A stretch of 64,000 bases of DNA, taken from NCBI GenBank assembly GCA_028534125.1, contig CM052816.1, positions 36,520,001 to 36,584,000 on the forward strand. Direction: 5' to 3'. The translations under genes and the position numbers were made by a program. Below, in pieces: positions 1-13,121 of the stretch (position 1 is the stretch's first letter; each line of letters opens with the position of its first letter). The notes beneath the pieces were generated by a model, which was not told where the DNA came from, searched no databases, and saw nothing but the letters and a program-made list of their open reading frames with translations. The DNA is from Lama glama. Its lineage: Eukaryota.

Positions 1-110
1 GAATCCAATCACATCATGCCTGAACATCTGACATAAAAATCTATGAGTTAACAAATGTATGTCTCTAAGTTTGTGATAATTTCTTACATAGTAATAGAAA
101 ATCAGTTATA
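1..110 (+). mobile_element. 3' end of a MaLR (MLT1-type) solo LTR, cut by the window edge
   Basis: ctaagtttgtgataatttcttacatagtaatagaaaatcagttata resembles the MLT1 terminus (ctaagtttgtggtaatttgttacagcagcaatagaaaactaataca) and the LTR end near 40760-40808. Confidence 0.65.
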
Positions 111-829
111 CATAGAAATAAAGTCTGCTAAATTACTGAACTGAAGAGATCTATACAAGGTCAGCAAGGTTTTGTGTAGAAACAGGTAAGAAGAGGAGGA
201 GGATTCAAAATGCATGCAAAATCATTGTAAACAATAAGCCAAAAATCTTAATTGAAACCCACCAAGTAGAACTTAGAACTCAGTAAAAATTGCACTATTC
301 ACAAGTACTCCTGGTTGCTTGGTTACAGGACCCTTCCAGTCATGGTCTTGCATTTTGGGTGTAGGTTCTGGAAGTGTTTTAAAGGGGTTTTTTATCATTT
401 AAAAAAAAGGATGAGACTGTGAGTTGCTGGTTTTAGATCCTTGGGACCCATAAATGTTTTATATCTTCTGTAACTTAGTCATCTCACCTATAATAGTAAA
501 TATATTTGTTGTTCCATGTTGCTTCTCCTTCTTATATGGCACCATGTCTCCTGAAATGAGACCCCTGAAGCAGCAATGATTAATATTGCATTAAAGTACC
601 TGCTAAAAAATTGTTATGGGAAAAACTAAAAGCTACAAGTAAAGCTACAGACTTAAGGACACTCTTTTTTGCAGTTTTTCATAAACTAGTTTAAAAAATA
701 TGATGTAGAAGATTATTCTAATTAATAGGCTTTTATTAAAAAATTAACCCACAAACTAAGCAACCTATAAGCCATCAAAGACAACAGGCTGTAATGTCAG
801 GGAATAATTAGGATTACCGAAGCCATGCT

Positions 830-1390
830 AGGCCATTAGAAAAGCCTCAACAAATATCAGATGAAGTTATATAGAACATATTCTGTTACTGCATGTAGTG
901 AAAATAGAAATTAAGGGTAAACAAACAAAACACAAAACATTTGAAGCTAAAAAAAAATCTTACCCCTTGAAAAAAAAAAGAGATCAAAAAAATTACATTT
1001 TATTTAGAAATGAGCTTCATTTAATTGCAAGTCAAAATGTATGAAATATGACTAATTCATAAAATATCTGAATCAAAATTAATATTTACTATATGATTTT
1101 ATATTAATTATAATTATTTATTAAAATAAGCAAACAAATAAATATGAAACAAGTTAGGAAAATAACTACTCACATGCATAACAAAACAGGAAAAATAACC
1201 AATAAAGAATTAAAAATACATTAAAAAAGGAGAGGCAGTAAAATATGATAGTGTAATAAACCCATGTCTTCTAAAAATTCAAAACATAGAGAAACTCATG
1301 ACAAATCAAGTAAATAAAAAAAAATGATATGCAGTATAGAAAGATAGAAGTGGGCATGGCTCAATAAGATGCAATCTTTTAAGAGAATAC
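830..1390 (+). mobile_element. Highly decayed ancient L1 (L1M) ORF2 fragment
   Basis: A-rich strand with decayed L1 ORF2-like motifs (gaaattaag, ttatttagaaatga, gtcaaaatgtatga); boundaries approximate. Confidence 0.4.
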
Positions 1391-2449
1391 TCTAGTCTCA
1401 TAATTGTATGATATTTATCCAGTTAATATTTTATGCTAGTAGTTGGGGATGATATATAAACACTTTATGCTTATTCGGTGAAACAATAAAAGCGTCAGGA
1501 CTCTTGATGGCAAGTGACAACAAAAACAACACAAGCTGGCTCCAACAAGATGGTGTAAGTTTTTTCACATATATTTTATATTCAGATACATAAACCTGTA
1601 TCACCTAACAAGGTTCCATCGCTATAGGGGTTTCATGTCTCCAGTTTCTCTCCCTAGAGTTCTTGGTTTCACTTTCTCTAAGTTAGGTGCATTCTTTGGG
1701 AGGTTTTCTTCTTATTTCTATAGTAGAAGATACAATTTCATGTTCATTCATTTAGGTAATAGTTTCCCTATATTTCACACTTAACAATTTTCTTTCAGAC
1801 TTAAAATATATAATATTCATACAGTAAATAGGATTCTCTCTAAAACAGAAAAAAAAAATCTCGTTTCTTTGCTATTAAAAAATACTCAAAGTAACCACTA
1901 TGAAAAACTCCAATACATGAGGTTTATCAAACTGAACTTCTGGACCTCCTATGAATCTATGCACAGTTAAATAAGAAAATAACAAATGACAGATCGCAGA
2001 TCACAGCACTTTACAGATAAGATTCTATACAGCCCCAATATATGTATTATAAAATGCCAGGAGCTTTGGGTATGTGTTTTACAAGATCTCCCTTTTTAAG
2101 ACACAAATTATTGTAGCTTACTTTAAAACAAATATTTATTTTTTATTTCTAGTTCAGAAAAAGAGTTGGTATTGTAACTGGAAAAAAATAATTGTAACAT
2201 ACCACTTCTGTATTCCCTAATTCTGTGTAACATTCCATTTAGCAAATTTTAATTTTAGATTTCTCTTGGAAAACTATTAATGAAATAAATTAGGACAATT
2301 TAAAAGAAATGTGGAGATGGTACTTACAGTAAGATTTTATGAAAGTTTAGTGAAATTCTTGCTTCAGAGTGTGATTTTTGTTCAAACTATTATACATTAG
2401 TACTTCTTAACTAATAAATTACAGAGTCAAATTAAAATGGTAATTAAGA

Positions 2450-2635
2450 CCACTGTTTCCAGTGTTACCAAATGCCCAAGTGAACATGAGAATTAACTGG
2501 AGAGCAAGTTAAAATACACATCCCTGGACTTGTTTCTGGAAATTCAGATTAAATAGGTCTAGGGCAGAGAGCTGCTCCATTTTCCTAAGAAATTCCCCAG
2601 TTCTTTTTGAGGCTGCTTATGGGCCATTTGGAGTT
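2450..2635. mobile_element. MER5-like hAT-Charlie non-autonomous DNA transposon remnant
   Basis: gaattaactggagagcaagttaaaatacacatccctgg...aattcagattaaataggtctagggcag...ttccccag follows the MER5A layout. Confidence 0.55.
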
Positions 2636-3019
2636 TTGCAGCAAATGAAGAACATATACACCCATTTTCATTTGATGAAAGAGTTGCATGAGTGAAAAAT
2701 AGTTGGAATATTCCTACATCGTTCCATCATATTTAAAAGGGGAAAAATCAGAGATTACTCCATCTCTAAAGAGAGGGTTGACATGTGATTGTTCTTATTC
2801 CAAAAGCAAAGCTAGAGCTTAATGATAGATTGGTGAGTATTTCATTATATTAATTTCTAGAAAACCAGTATTACTATTAACAAAAAGTTTGATTAATACT
2901 AAATTTTGGACAACTCTTGAAGGAAAATAAAATACTGAATAATCATTAGGCAAATTTTCAACATCCTTTATTAGAGAAACATCAAGAAAATTTAAACTGA
3001 TAATTTAAAAGGAAACATT

Positions 3020-4345
3020 AGAGCTCTTTTTCTGATTAGGATGTAGAAAACAGCATGAGAATGTCACTTACTCAGCAATAAAGAAATAAACCAGATGTTT
3101 GGAAAAAATCATAATTTTTCCCAAAACGATCAGAGAGTTACAGCTACAAGGTAACTAGGTAAACTGAATTACAAAGAGTGACAGCAAGGAGGAGATGAGA
3201 TACAGCATTTGTTTCACTCTGGCATGTCACTGGAGGTCACCATACAAGCAGAAAAGAAGAAGTAAGCCAAAATTTTAACAAATTCTTAAAGTCTTGGTAT
3301 AGGTTAATATGTTTGTTTTGAATAGACGGGACCCCAAGACATAAGAGTGTCTATACTCACTCAAACTCTTCCCAGTCCTCTGCCAGGTACTGATAACAAA
3401 GATTGGAATTAGGGAGCTCAGTAGGCAGGAGGTGATCGCTGGCACTGGAGGGCAGGCATTGATCATCACCTGCTTCCCAAGCCCACTCAAATATGAAACA
3501 AAAGCTCAAAGTCATTGGTGGAGTGGCAGCAGCAAATAACTTTCATTTCTAGGGTCAAGGCAAAGATTCATTGCTTCAGGAGGAGGAGTAAAAGGAGAAC
3601 TCCTCTCTTCCTGAGGAGGAACAAGGAACCCTTTTCTATGGACAAGAAGCAGAGGACTTCTCTTTTGCAGAGAGGGTCAGGAAACTCTTCTATCCAGGAA
3701 TACCACAGACACAAAGCAGAGACTGGCTACCATTTAGAAGAGTGACCACTCTGGTGAATAGGTCTCTTAAGACTGAAGCTGTATCAGGAGAACAGAAGCC
3801 ACATAGCTCTCAACAGCAAGAAAAGCAGTCTACCACCAGGGGAGGGTTATGGTGAGGGATGCCCACCTCAGGGCACAGGTGTGTAGGAACTGCTAAAAGC
3901 TAAAAGTAGAGTAGGAACAATAAGAAAAAGCACCTAGAATCCCAAGCCACATTCTAAGCACAAGGTAACATGAGATTTTCCCTGAAGGAACTGGACCCCA
4001 AGGTGCATTAATGGAAAAGACAGAAACAGCAAAATGGAAATCCAGCCCAATATCTGGTTAGTTCGACTCACCTTCCCACAGTAATCTCTGACAGGAGATG
4101 AGGCTGCCCCTTTCAGGCATAAACAGTGATTTTAATCTTTCTCTCCTTCCACATACAATGTTAGTGTTCAGTCAAGATTCTCTCTCTCTGTCACACACAC
4201 AGACCCCTATGTCAAGAAATAAAGAATTCAAAATAATCGGATTTAAAGACTCATGTATTAAAACTATAAAACAAACTTAAAAGTAATCAGGATAAATATG
4301 TAAAAAGCTCTAAGGAAAATGCAACCAACATGAAAGAACTGAATG
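3020..4345 (+). mobile_element. Ancient L1 (L1M-type) 5' UTR and start of ORF1
   Basis: Locally GC-richer block ending in ORF1-start-like sequence (aaacttaaaagtaatcaggataaatatgtaaaaagctctaaggaaaatgcaaccaacatgaaagaac); no intact ORF. Confidence 0.5.
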
Positions 4346-4829
4346 AAAAGAACAACAAGAAAAATAAAAATGGATATGTTAAGTTTTGATTGAAGAACCA
4401 TTTAAAAAGAAGATATGATAGAACATCGTTAGAAAGCATTTGCATAGATTAGATTTGTCAGAACGTACTGGGTTCATTCAAGCCTATCATCTATGTATCC
4501 ATATATTTAACAATAGATCCTTTTCCCATCTCTATTTTTAATTCTGTTTTGTCTCTGCCTTGAGGAAATCTTAGACTCCAGGCCTCATTATTCCCCTTCT
4601 ATGTATTTCCTTAGGAAATACTGTGTATGCCACACAATTTGTCATTTAATTATATACATTCTGCTAATTTAAATACTGGTATTATCCCCCAGATTCTGTC
4701 TAGATATGTAACAAGGATCCTAGGGATGTAAAAAATGTTGCTCTGCTTAATTAATTCTTCAAAAAGTTATTCATATTTAAGGCAGAAGTGACTCCACATC
4801 TTCTATCTGAGCACCAACAATACTCTGTT

Positions 4830-5000
4830 GCATCAATTTTGCCATCTATTTGTGTATCTCTAACAGATGTGATCCTTTGAGAGCATAGGACATTGTTTTA
4901 TTCATCTTTATACCTACAATGTCTAGGACAGTGTCTAGCATATACTAGCTACATAATAAAATTGTGCTGAATGAATGCATGAGTGAATACACGAATGAAA
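4830..5000 (+). mobile_element. L2 3' end
   Basis: ctttgagagcataggacattgttttattcatc...aggacagtgtctagcatatac...gctgaatgaatgcatgagtgaat matches the L2 tail with its (TGAA)n terminus. Confidence 0.75.
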
Positions 5001-7009
5001 ATTTGCCTGTGGCCCAGGTGGAGTCCTTAGCATTATCCTGCTGTGTTTTCATTTGGTCTCAGTACAACTTAACTATGTGATGCTAGGTTGAATAATCATC
5101 TGACCAGCTGGTAAGCAGCTGCTGTACAAACCCTTGTCTCCTTTCTACATTCAAGAATGCCTGGCAGAGGATGCTTCCTTCAACATAATAACAATCCACA
5201 GTGTTATTTTCCTTTTTAAATGACCTTGGTGATAGAAAGTCTTCATTATAATAGTTTTTTCTTTATTTCGATCACTATGATATTAAGCTTAGATGTGCTT
5301 AGATGCCATTTACTCTAATGCTAATAAAGATTCTCTTTAAAAGCACTTCTTTTTATTGTTCTTATTATGTTTCTTACATTTTCATGGTTGTATTTCATTA
5401 TTTGCTGGTAAAACATGATTATTTTTTATCTATAGCTAATAGATATTTTCTTATCAATGTGAGATTTCTATTCTTAAATCCAGATTTCTTTCTAGTTTCC
5501 TTTATAAGAACACAATATTCTGAACAAGTTTACACCCAGAATGATAAACATTTAATGAAAATACAGATTACTAAATTTTAATGAAATGCCACTATAGGAT
5601 TAGTGTGTGGAATATCTTCTAGGTGAATTATGTTGGAATTTCCAATTAGGGTACTAGAGGTACACATGGATTTCACTGTAGTCAAACATTTGCTGACATG
5701 TGAGGCTTTCAATTTAGCTTTGCGCATTGAGTAAGGAAATTTGATTCTGTTAAGCTTTCTAGTAGAGAATGTTTTCCCTTCAGATCTCCTTCTTCTTTGG
5801 GAAGCTTTTATACTTGACCAAAAATAATTCTTTTTGCATACCTATGTACAAATGCCTCATGTGAAACAGTCAAATAAATAAATAAATAAATTAATTAATT
5901 AACTTGTTCACTAAGAAGAATAACTATTATTATAAGATGGTACAAAAATAAATCTGAGTATTTCCAAATGAGCTTTATACTGCAGTAGTAAGTCTCAATA
6001 GCATATTACAACAAATTTTGTTCTTTTTTGAATGTTAAATATTTTAATATACAGATAGTAAATAGTTTAACAAATATCAATAAGTGAATACTCAGTGTTT
6101 TTGATAAAATCTTCCCTTGTGCTAAGAAAAACAAAACTAAACTAAAGCCTTTTTCATTTTGTATACATTTTTGTGAGATAAAATAACGGTTTCTTTCCTG
6201 AGTTAAAGTATTAAATATTGTTTTATACTACTGTTTTTTCTCTAAAAGTGAAATGCTTAGAAATTTATACTTACCAAGTAATCTAGCTTGAAGATTGGTA
6301 ATAGATTTTTTTAATTTAAAAGAGACAAAGCATTTAATAATTGTTTCAAGCTAGTAGTTTTTATCTTCAGATACTTGGTGGAGATATCAAGAGCCTTTAT
6401 CTTTTTAAGATAAAGAAACTTCAGAAATTGGTATTTAGAAAAATCTTAAAATAAAGTCTGAGCTTTTAAAGTTAGTGTTTTGGACATAATGTAAAAAGAA
6501 GTATTACTGTTTATTAGTACTTCGTATTTTTTCTTATTTAGGTTCAAAAATACTTAATGTCTGGCATTTTCCCTCATTTCTGTAATTGTGTATATTTAAT
6601 AACATCCTTTATCATAAGGGATAGTATTGTTTAACATTTATTCAGTCTCCTAGGGTAGTCTATGAGAAACTTTGAAATAAGATTTAACAGATTAAATAAC
6701 ATTATTAAGTACTTGCTCTAATCCAAGCTGTGTGACTATAAGGCAAGTGATGTGCAACTTTACCACATTATCAGAATATCTTTCTTCCTCATAGCAAGTA
6801 GAACATTTCTGTTTACCTTGACTTCTCTCTCTGTCACTGTTTCATGTTTTGCATACTAATCTGTAATAATACTGTATATGCAGCTTCTTCATTCTCAAAT
6901 ACAGTCTAGATTTTTCTAGAAATATATATAGTTCATATATAGATGAACTATATTTTTATATTTTTTTTATTATATTTTTAAGTAGAAATACAGCTTTTCA
7001 GTTTCTGAT

Positions 7010-7560
7010 TATAAAATACATGTCAAGATAGAGTAAAAAATTATTCAATTAATAAAGAACTCCCTTATAGCACAGGGAACTATATTGAATATCTTATAGT
7101 AATTTGGTAAAAAAGAATATGAAAATGAATATATGCATGTTTAGGTATGACTGAACTATTATGCTGTACACCAGAAATTGACACAACATTGTAAACTAAC
7201 TATACTTCAATTAAAAATATATATATATGTATATATATAAAAAAGCTCCCCAAATCTGTTTGATTTAAAAGAAATTTTTTTATTTCTCAGGATACATGTT
7301 TATCACAAATTTCTTGTGACCTCTGCTTCCTTTCTTCTCTGTTGGATCCAGACTGATCAAGCAGCCACCACCTGAAGCCTTGCAAAAGTCACGGCAATGC
7401 AATGCAAAACAGCGTGGTAAAACATACTTGAGCTCTTAGGATTTCAGCCCAGAAGCGACCAAGGTAAAGTATGCTCATATTTATGGTGGTGCCAAACTTC
7501 GTGGGCACAAGGACGTTCAATCCTACCATAAGTTTAGACAGTGAAAAACCGGAAATAGAC
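7010..7560 (-). mobile_element. Old MaLR (MLT1-like) LTR interrupted by a young L1 tail
   Basis: ccccaaatctgtttgatttaaaagaaatttttttatttctca...ggatccagactgatcaagcagccaccacctgaag resembles antisense MLT1J/K/L-type sequence. Confidence 0.45.
7065..7237 (+). mobile_element. Severely 5'-truncated lineage-specific L1 3' tail
   Basis: tatagcacagggaactatattgaatatc...gctgtacaccagaaattgacacaacattgtaaactaactatacttcaattaaaaa, same as the tails near 15730-15875 and 46235-46390; degenerate TSD ataaagaactccc / ataaaaaagctccc. Confidence 0.9.
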
Positions 7561-7679
7561 AGGAAACTACATTAACAGAATAATTTATTTTGTTACTGTC
7601 TTACTAATCAGTATTTTCTTCTTTCCTTCTCTTTTTTTCCTCTTTTTTCTCTTTTTCTCCCTCCCTTCCTTTCTTCCCG

Positions 7680-8770
7680 CTGTCACATTGAAATGACTAT
7701 CTTTTTGTTTTAATTTGATTGATTGTATCTTTATATTATCTTCAGCAGTCTTTGTTTCTTTATGCGGATTTGGTTTTCTGATATCGTATTTCTTCAATTT
7801 AAACAATATCTTTCTTACATTTCTTGCAGTGCGAGTCGGCTGCTAATGAGTTCTCTCAGTTTTTGTTTCTCTTGAGAATTTTATATTGCTCCTGTATTTT
7901 TGAAAGACATTTCCACATGCTATAGAATTCTGGGTGGACAGTTGATTCCCTTCATTTCCCAATACTCTAAATCTGTCACTCCATTGTTTTCTGGCTTAAA
8001 TATTTTCTGCAAGATGTCTAATTCTTTCTTCCTTTGTATATAATATGTCTTTTTTCTCTGGTTGCCTTCAAAGATAGCATCTTTATCCATGGTTTTCCCA
8101 AATTTGAATATTATATATCTGGGTTATATATGAGGTTCTCTCTTTCTTTCTTTCTTTCCTTTTTCTGTCATCTTTCATAAACATTTATTATTTTATCACT
8201 GATTCTTAGTATTGCTGAGTTTCTTGGATCTGTATTATTATGTCTTTTATTATTTTTGAAAATTCTCAGCCATTACTTTTTCAAATATTTCTTCTGCCCC
8301 ATTCTCACTTCTTCTACTGGAATTTGAATAACTTGCATGTTAGAGCATTTATATTGTCTTACAGCTCTTGGGTGTTCTCTTCTTTTTTCCTTCTAAATAT
8401 TTTCTGTCTTTGTGTATAAAGTTTGCATAATCTCTAATAACCAATAAATTTACCAGTTTTTTGCTTGGCTGTGTTATGACAACTGATGAGTTGATCAAAA
8501 AGCACTTTAGTATCTCCATTTGATATTTTTCATATTTCCATTTCTCTGATAAAATCCCTCAACTGTTAATATATACTGCCATCTTATCCATTAGAGCCCT
8601 CAATATAGTAATCATTATTTTAAAATTTCCTGTTTTATAGTTTCAACATGTAGGTAATACCAAAGCTTATTTTTTCGGTTGCTTTGTATTTTGAAAGTAT
8701 TGCTATTTCTTGTTGTTTTGCATATGTTTCTCAAAACTTTTGATTAAAAATCCTACAGAGTATATGGTTA
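7680..8770 (-). mobile_element. Ancient L1M ORF1 region, antisense
   Basis: T-rich strand with antisense L1 ORF1 motifs: ttctctcagtttttgtttctc, tatagaattctgggtggacagttg, aaattctcagccattactttttcaaatatttcttctgccccattctc. Confidence 0.75.
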
Positions 8771-9409
8771 AAAATGATATGAAGTTATTATTTTCTCCTA
8801 TTCTGTATGATTCAAATGTCTTCCTATACTATGTGAGTTTGAGGTGTTGTTTAGCTTACAATTCAGGTTCATTGTTCAGCCTTGTGGAATATCATCCTAT
8901 ACAGTTGCATAACTGAAGTCTTCAGTTGATTTACCTTTTTATCTGTTGACAAAATATACAATTATACTGCCCAAACTTAGGTCTTTTATTTTGATTGATT
9001 GATTTACTTATTTTTCATTTGGAAGATTATCTAATTAAGAAACTTTTTCAGACATACAAAAGAATGTTCAAAATGACTTAAAAAATCAAAAACATTAAAT
9101 GTCTTTAACTTTGCCCTCACTTACATTTTTTGGACAATGTATATAATATTTTACCCTTAGAACTTTACAAACAGTTCCCAGAATTTTTGGCTGAAGTTGA
9201 GAAAACTGTTGCTAATCCTGTTATATTTAATTCTAGCATCAAAGGAAAAGACAAAGCTAAATTAATAGCATTAGTTTTTCCTGACTATAAACTACAAATA
9301 CATAGAAAAATATCTAAAATCTCTATTGTCCTCGGATATCTCAAAAGCTATTAAGAAAAAAAATTGTCATAGTCATTCTGGAAGGAGATATAATCATACT
9401 GATGTCTTC

Positions 9410-9847
9410 TATGGTAGCCAGCCTCCAAAATGGTCCCCCCAAAGCCTTGCTTTCTGGTATTAACACAATTGTGTAATTCTGTTTAGATCGAATAGGGCTG
9501 AACTGTATGATCAAAACTGCGGATGTATGGCTGCCACCTTCATCTCTTGGCTTTTTCTCTTGTGAGAAGCCAGTGACCATGTCTTGAGGACCCTCTAGTA
9601 CCCTGTGGAGGTGTTCATGTAGAAACAATCTGAGGTCCCATGATTAAACTTGCCAGCAATCTGAGTGAGCCAAACAGGAAGCAAATTCTGCAACTATACA
9701 GAAGCTTTCAGAAGATGGCCATCCTATTTCACAGCTTGACTGTAACTTTATATGAAAACTTGTGACAGAATCTCCCAACTTGTCTGACTTCTAGAGATAA
9801 TAAAGATTTGGGGGCAATTATTACATAGAAATAGATAGCTAATACAC
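9410..9847 (+). mobile_element. MaLR solo LTR (MLT1F-like)
   Basis: Starts tatggtagccagcctccaaaatggtcccc, contains gagaagccagtgaccatgtcttgagga and cagcttgactgtaac, ends atagatagctaataca. Confidence 0.75.
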
Positions 9848-9852
9848 CTTTC

Positions 9853-10326
9853 TGTCAAGAACTGCATAGAGTTTAAGATTTTATTCTGCCTGGAAGCTAA
9901 CAAGTTAGCCTGCCACAGTTTCAAAGATCATGGCAGAAAATATAGACTCCTGGGTTAGAAATAAATGACTTTATTATTCATGGCACAGAAGGAAGCATGA
10001 GTTCCAGTTCTGCATTCATGTCTCATGGGGATGATGTAGAGGTTGGCTCAGATAGATGATATCTACCCAGTGGCTTTGTGTCACAGCTGAGGAATCTCAA
10101 ATTTAGGAACCCCCCCAATCTTATATGAGGCTGTTAGCAAACCTGCCGAACCTTTTTCCAAGAGGGAGACAGTATCTTTATTGCACTGGTTGGGAACAAA
10201 TATGTTCTCTGCCCAGGGGGAAGACACTAGCTCTATCTCCCAAAGTGTTTTTATAGCAAACATAGTGGTCAGGGACCAACATTATCACAAAACATATACA
10301 AACACCATGAAGAATTTCCCTCAACA
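9853..10326 (-). mobile_element. ERVL-class solo LTR (LTR40-like, family tentative)
   Basis: TG...CA bounded (tgtcaagaactg...ccctcaaca); gctaacaagttagcctgccacagtttc...gactttattattcatggcacag motif; antisense AATAAA (tttatt) near 9970. Confidence 0.6.
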
Positions 10327-12199
10327 CTCTCTCAAAACTTTTACTACTATTTAAAGAGATATAAAAAGTAGAAATTAATTCCAGAGTGTCACTATTGTAA
10401 ATGGGAGACTTAGTGCCCATAAACATAGTTTGCCAGATAACGTAATTAAATTGCAAAATGTATCATTTTATTCCTATTGAAATTAATAAATATTCCTACT
10501 TTTAAATCTGTTTAATTAAAATATGTAAAAAGGAAAAGCACTTAATAATATTGTACATTGATTATAAACAATATTTTCAAATTTATGCCCCTAGCAATAA
10601 CTCATTGAAAAAACAGAAATGAAACATTTTCCTCACAACAGTATAAACAGCCTTTCCTTCTCCCTAATCTGAGCATACATAGGACAAGGAAATATTTACT
10701 TCACATAATATCTAGTTAACATAATACATTTCTAATGAGCATTAAACTGCCATTTACTAATATTGCATATGAGTAAATAATATTTACTAGGATTTTTCAC
10801 TTATCGTTAGTACAATATACCAAATTACAACAGAGTTTTGTTGAGTCTTTCAGAATGCAGACTATTCAGTCTGGATTTCTACATGTATCACAATTTTATA
10901 ATTAAGCAAGAGATAATAAGGTACAAATATCGTTTACATTTGAATGCCAGCACAATCAAGGGCTGTGCATTACTATAGAGCACTGTTAAAATTTTGATCA
11001 CTTTTTAACCTTCAAGTAATGAATACAGTGTTAAATACTTGTGATACTTAATACTGTTTTCTAATTGTCATCACCACTGCACAGAACAGTATAGAACTCA
11101 AGTTTCCCTCTGAACTTACAGTGCTATTTTTCCTCACAATATTAACAAAGGATGTTTCTTTTATTACTAAAATGATACATACTAGAACTTTAAAAATATA
11201 TTCATTGTAATGTTTTCTTTAAGTCTATTTTAAGAACTCTGGAAGTTTGAATATTTTAAATTTAGATATTTGTATATTTCAATCCATAGCCCAAAATAAA
11301 AATAATTATAAAGGGTATAAATATAAACCTTAAACTAGAGTATTTTATACAGTATGCAAAAAATTTCTTGCCAATGACAATTTGCTGAGGTGACATTTCT
11401 TTGAAATAAGAAATTATACTTTAAGAGTATAATAGAATACTTCAACTAGTTCTCAAATTCTCCTTGTATATTTGGTAGTCTTCTGAGTCAAAGCAAAATT
11501 AGATGACAAATAATGCATTAATTAAATAAGTAAATATATACTTATTTAAAATTACTGAGTAACACACTATTTTACTGGAAAAAAAATTCTAATTATAAGT
11601 TAAATATCCCAGGCATTTTTCTCTCTGTTCTCTTGGACAGAGTTAACTACTCCTCCTCCCTTTCGTGATTATCGAAGGACTCTGTGGTAGTAGCAACTAA
11701 CCCAAGCCCTTAGATGTGTTGTTTAACAAGTATGCTGATTATTTGCAATTAAGTGTGTACTGTAGCTAAATGGCAATATAGGGTTTGCCTGGTTTGATAT
11801 GTTGTTGCCTACTTCTTGTTTGAAAATTCAATAAAGTGTTAAAACAAAGTTACTAATTATTAATAAAAATTCATGGTTTTTTTTTGGTGTCATGGCCTCT
11901 GTCTCTAGACAGAAAGAATGCAACTGTGTTGGTTAATTATTTAAAAATGACTTGCAAAGTTAATCTCCAACCTACCAAAAAAGAGTCTACAAAACAACAT
12001 AATTGTTTCAATTCTTGGCTATAAGTCTGATTATACTAAAAATGATACTCCCATGTTATGTGCCATGATTAAATTTTGTCCTTCATTACATCTTATGTCT
12101 GAATAAATCTGAACATGAATGATCATCTATGCCTGGGCTAAGAGAGAGTGGAAGATTATGTATCTACTACATTTAGAGTTTGTCTTTCAGGCTTAAACA

Positions 12200-12445
12200 T
12201 AAATTCCAGCTTTTCTTTGTTGCCCTACCTAGAATATCTGCCAATACACATACACACACACACATACACAGTACATTCTAAAACATGAATCTATTTATTT
12301 TACTCATGGCTTTCATCACAATCTGAAATTATCTTATTACTTCATGTGATTGCTTATACATTTCTTGTCTGCTTTTCTTTTTTCACCACTAGAAAGCAAG
12401 CTCTATGAGGAAGGGTTTTTACTGTGTCTATACGTGCACTGTTGT
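12200..12445 (+). mobile_element. L2 3' fragment
   Basis: ttcatcacaatctgaaattatctt...ccactagaaagcaagctctatgaggaaggg matches the L2 3' region. Confidence 0.55.
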
Positions 12446-12447
12446 GT

Positions 12448-12572
12448 ACAGTAGCTAATAGTCACAATTAGCTTTTTACATCTAAGTTAAATAAACTTGG
12501 ATAGTATAAAACCATTCATTTTCCATATTTTAAATATTCTGTAGCCACATGTGGCTAGTGGCTACCATATAT
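12448..12572. mobile_element. MER3/MER33-like hAT-Charlie remnant
   Basis: tagccacatgtggctagtggctaccatat is the hallmark subterminal palindromic motif. Confidence 0.7.
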
Positions 12573-13121
12573 GGTTTGATGAACTTTAATTTCTATTAGT
12601 AATTATGTTTATATTTTCCAATAATTTTTAAAAATTTGTATTTCTCATGTAACCAACACAAAAGAACAAAAGTCAGCATTAAGTCCTCCCAAGTCAAATG
12701 AGGAAACTAATTAACTTGCTTTCCTCCATTTTGCCCTCCTGTATTATCAGTTCTATCAGTTTCCTGACTGGAATTGGGGAACCTAGATGTATGGGAAGGT
12801 GAAGTTTCATAACATTGTCTCTGCAATTTCTCTCTCAAGTTGTTGAAAAGCCTGCACCTGGAACCAGATACATGGAAATTGAGATTATCTCTGAATGACT
12901 TGTTTCTGTAATTGTTTAACCAAAATTTGGGTATAAATTCTCATTTTGGTGAGGTTTTACTTGGAATGAAACTCTTCCATTCATTGGGTTTATATTGTAA
13001 CCTTCTATGTATGTTTATTTTGCTTCTGATGTCTCAAGCAAGTTTTACTTCTCCTAGAAGATTCTAGATTGGGGAAAAAATGAAATTATGCTACAATTTA
13101 GCCTATCATATTATCCTTGCA

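Noticed and set aside
6926..6953. 11-bp inverted repeat atatagttcat / atgaactatat
   Set aside because: Short and mostly AT in low-complexity context; compatible with chance
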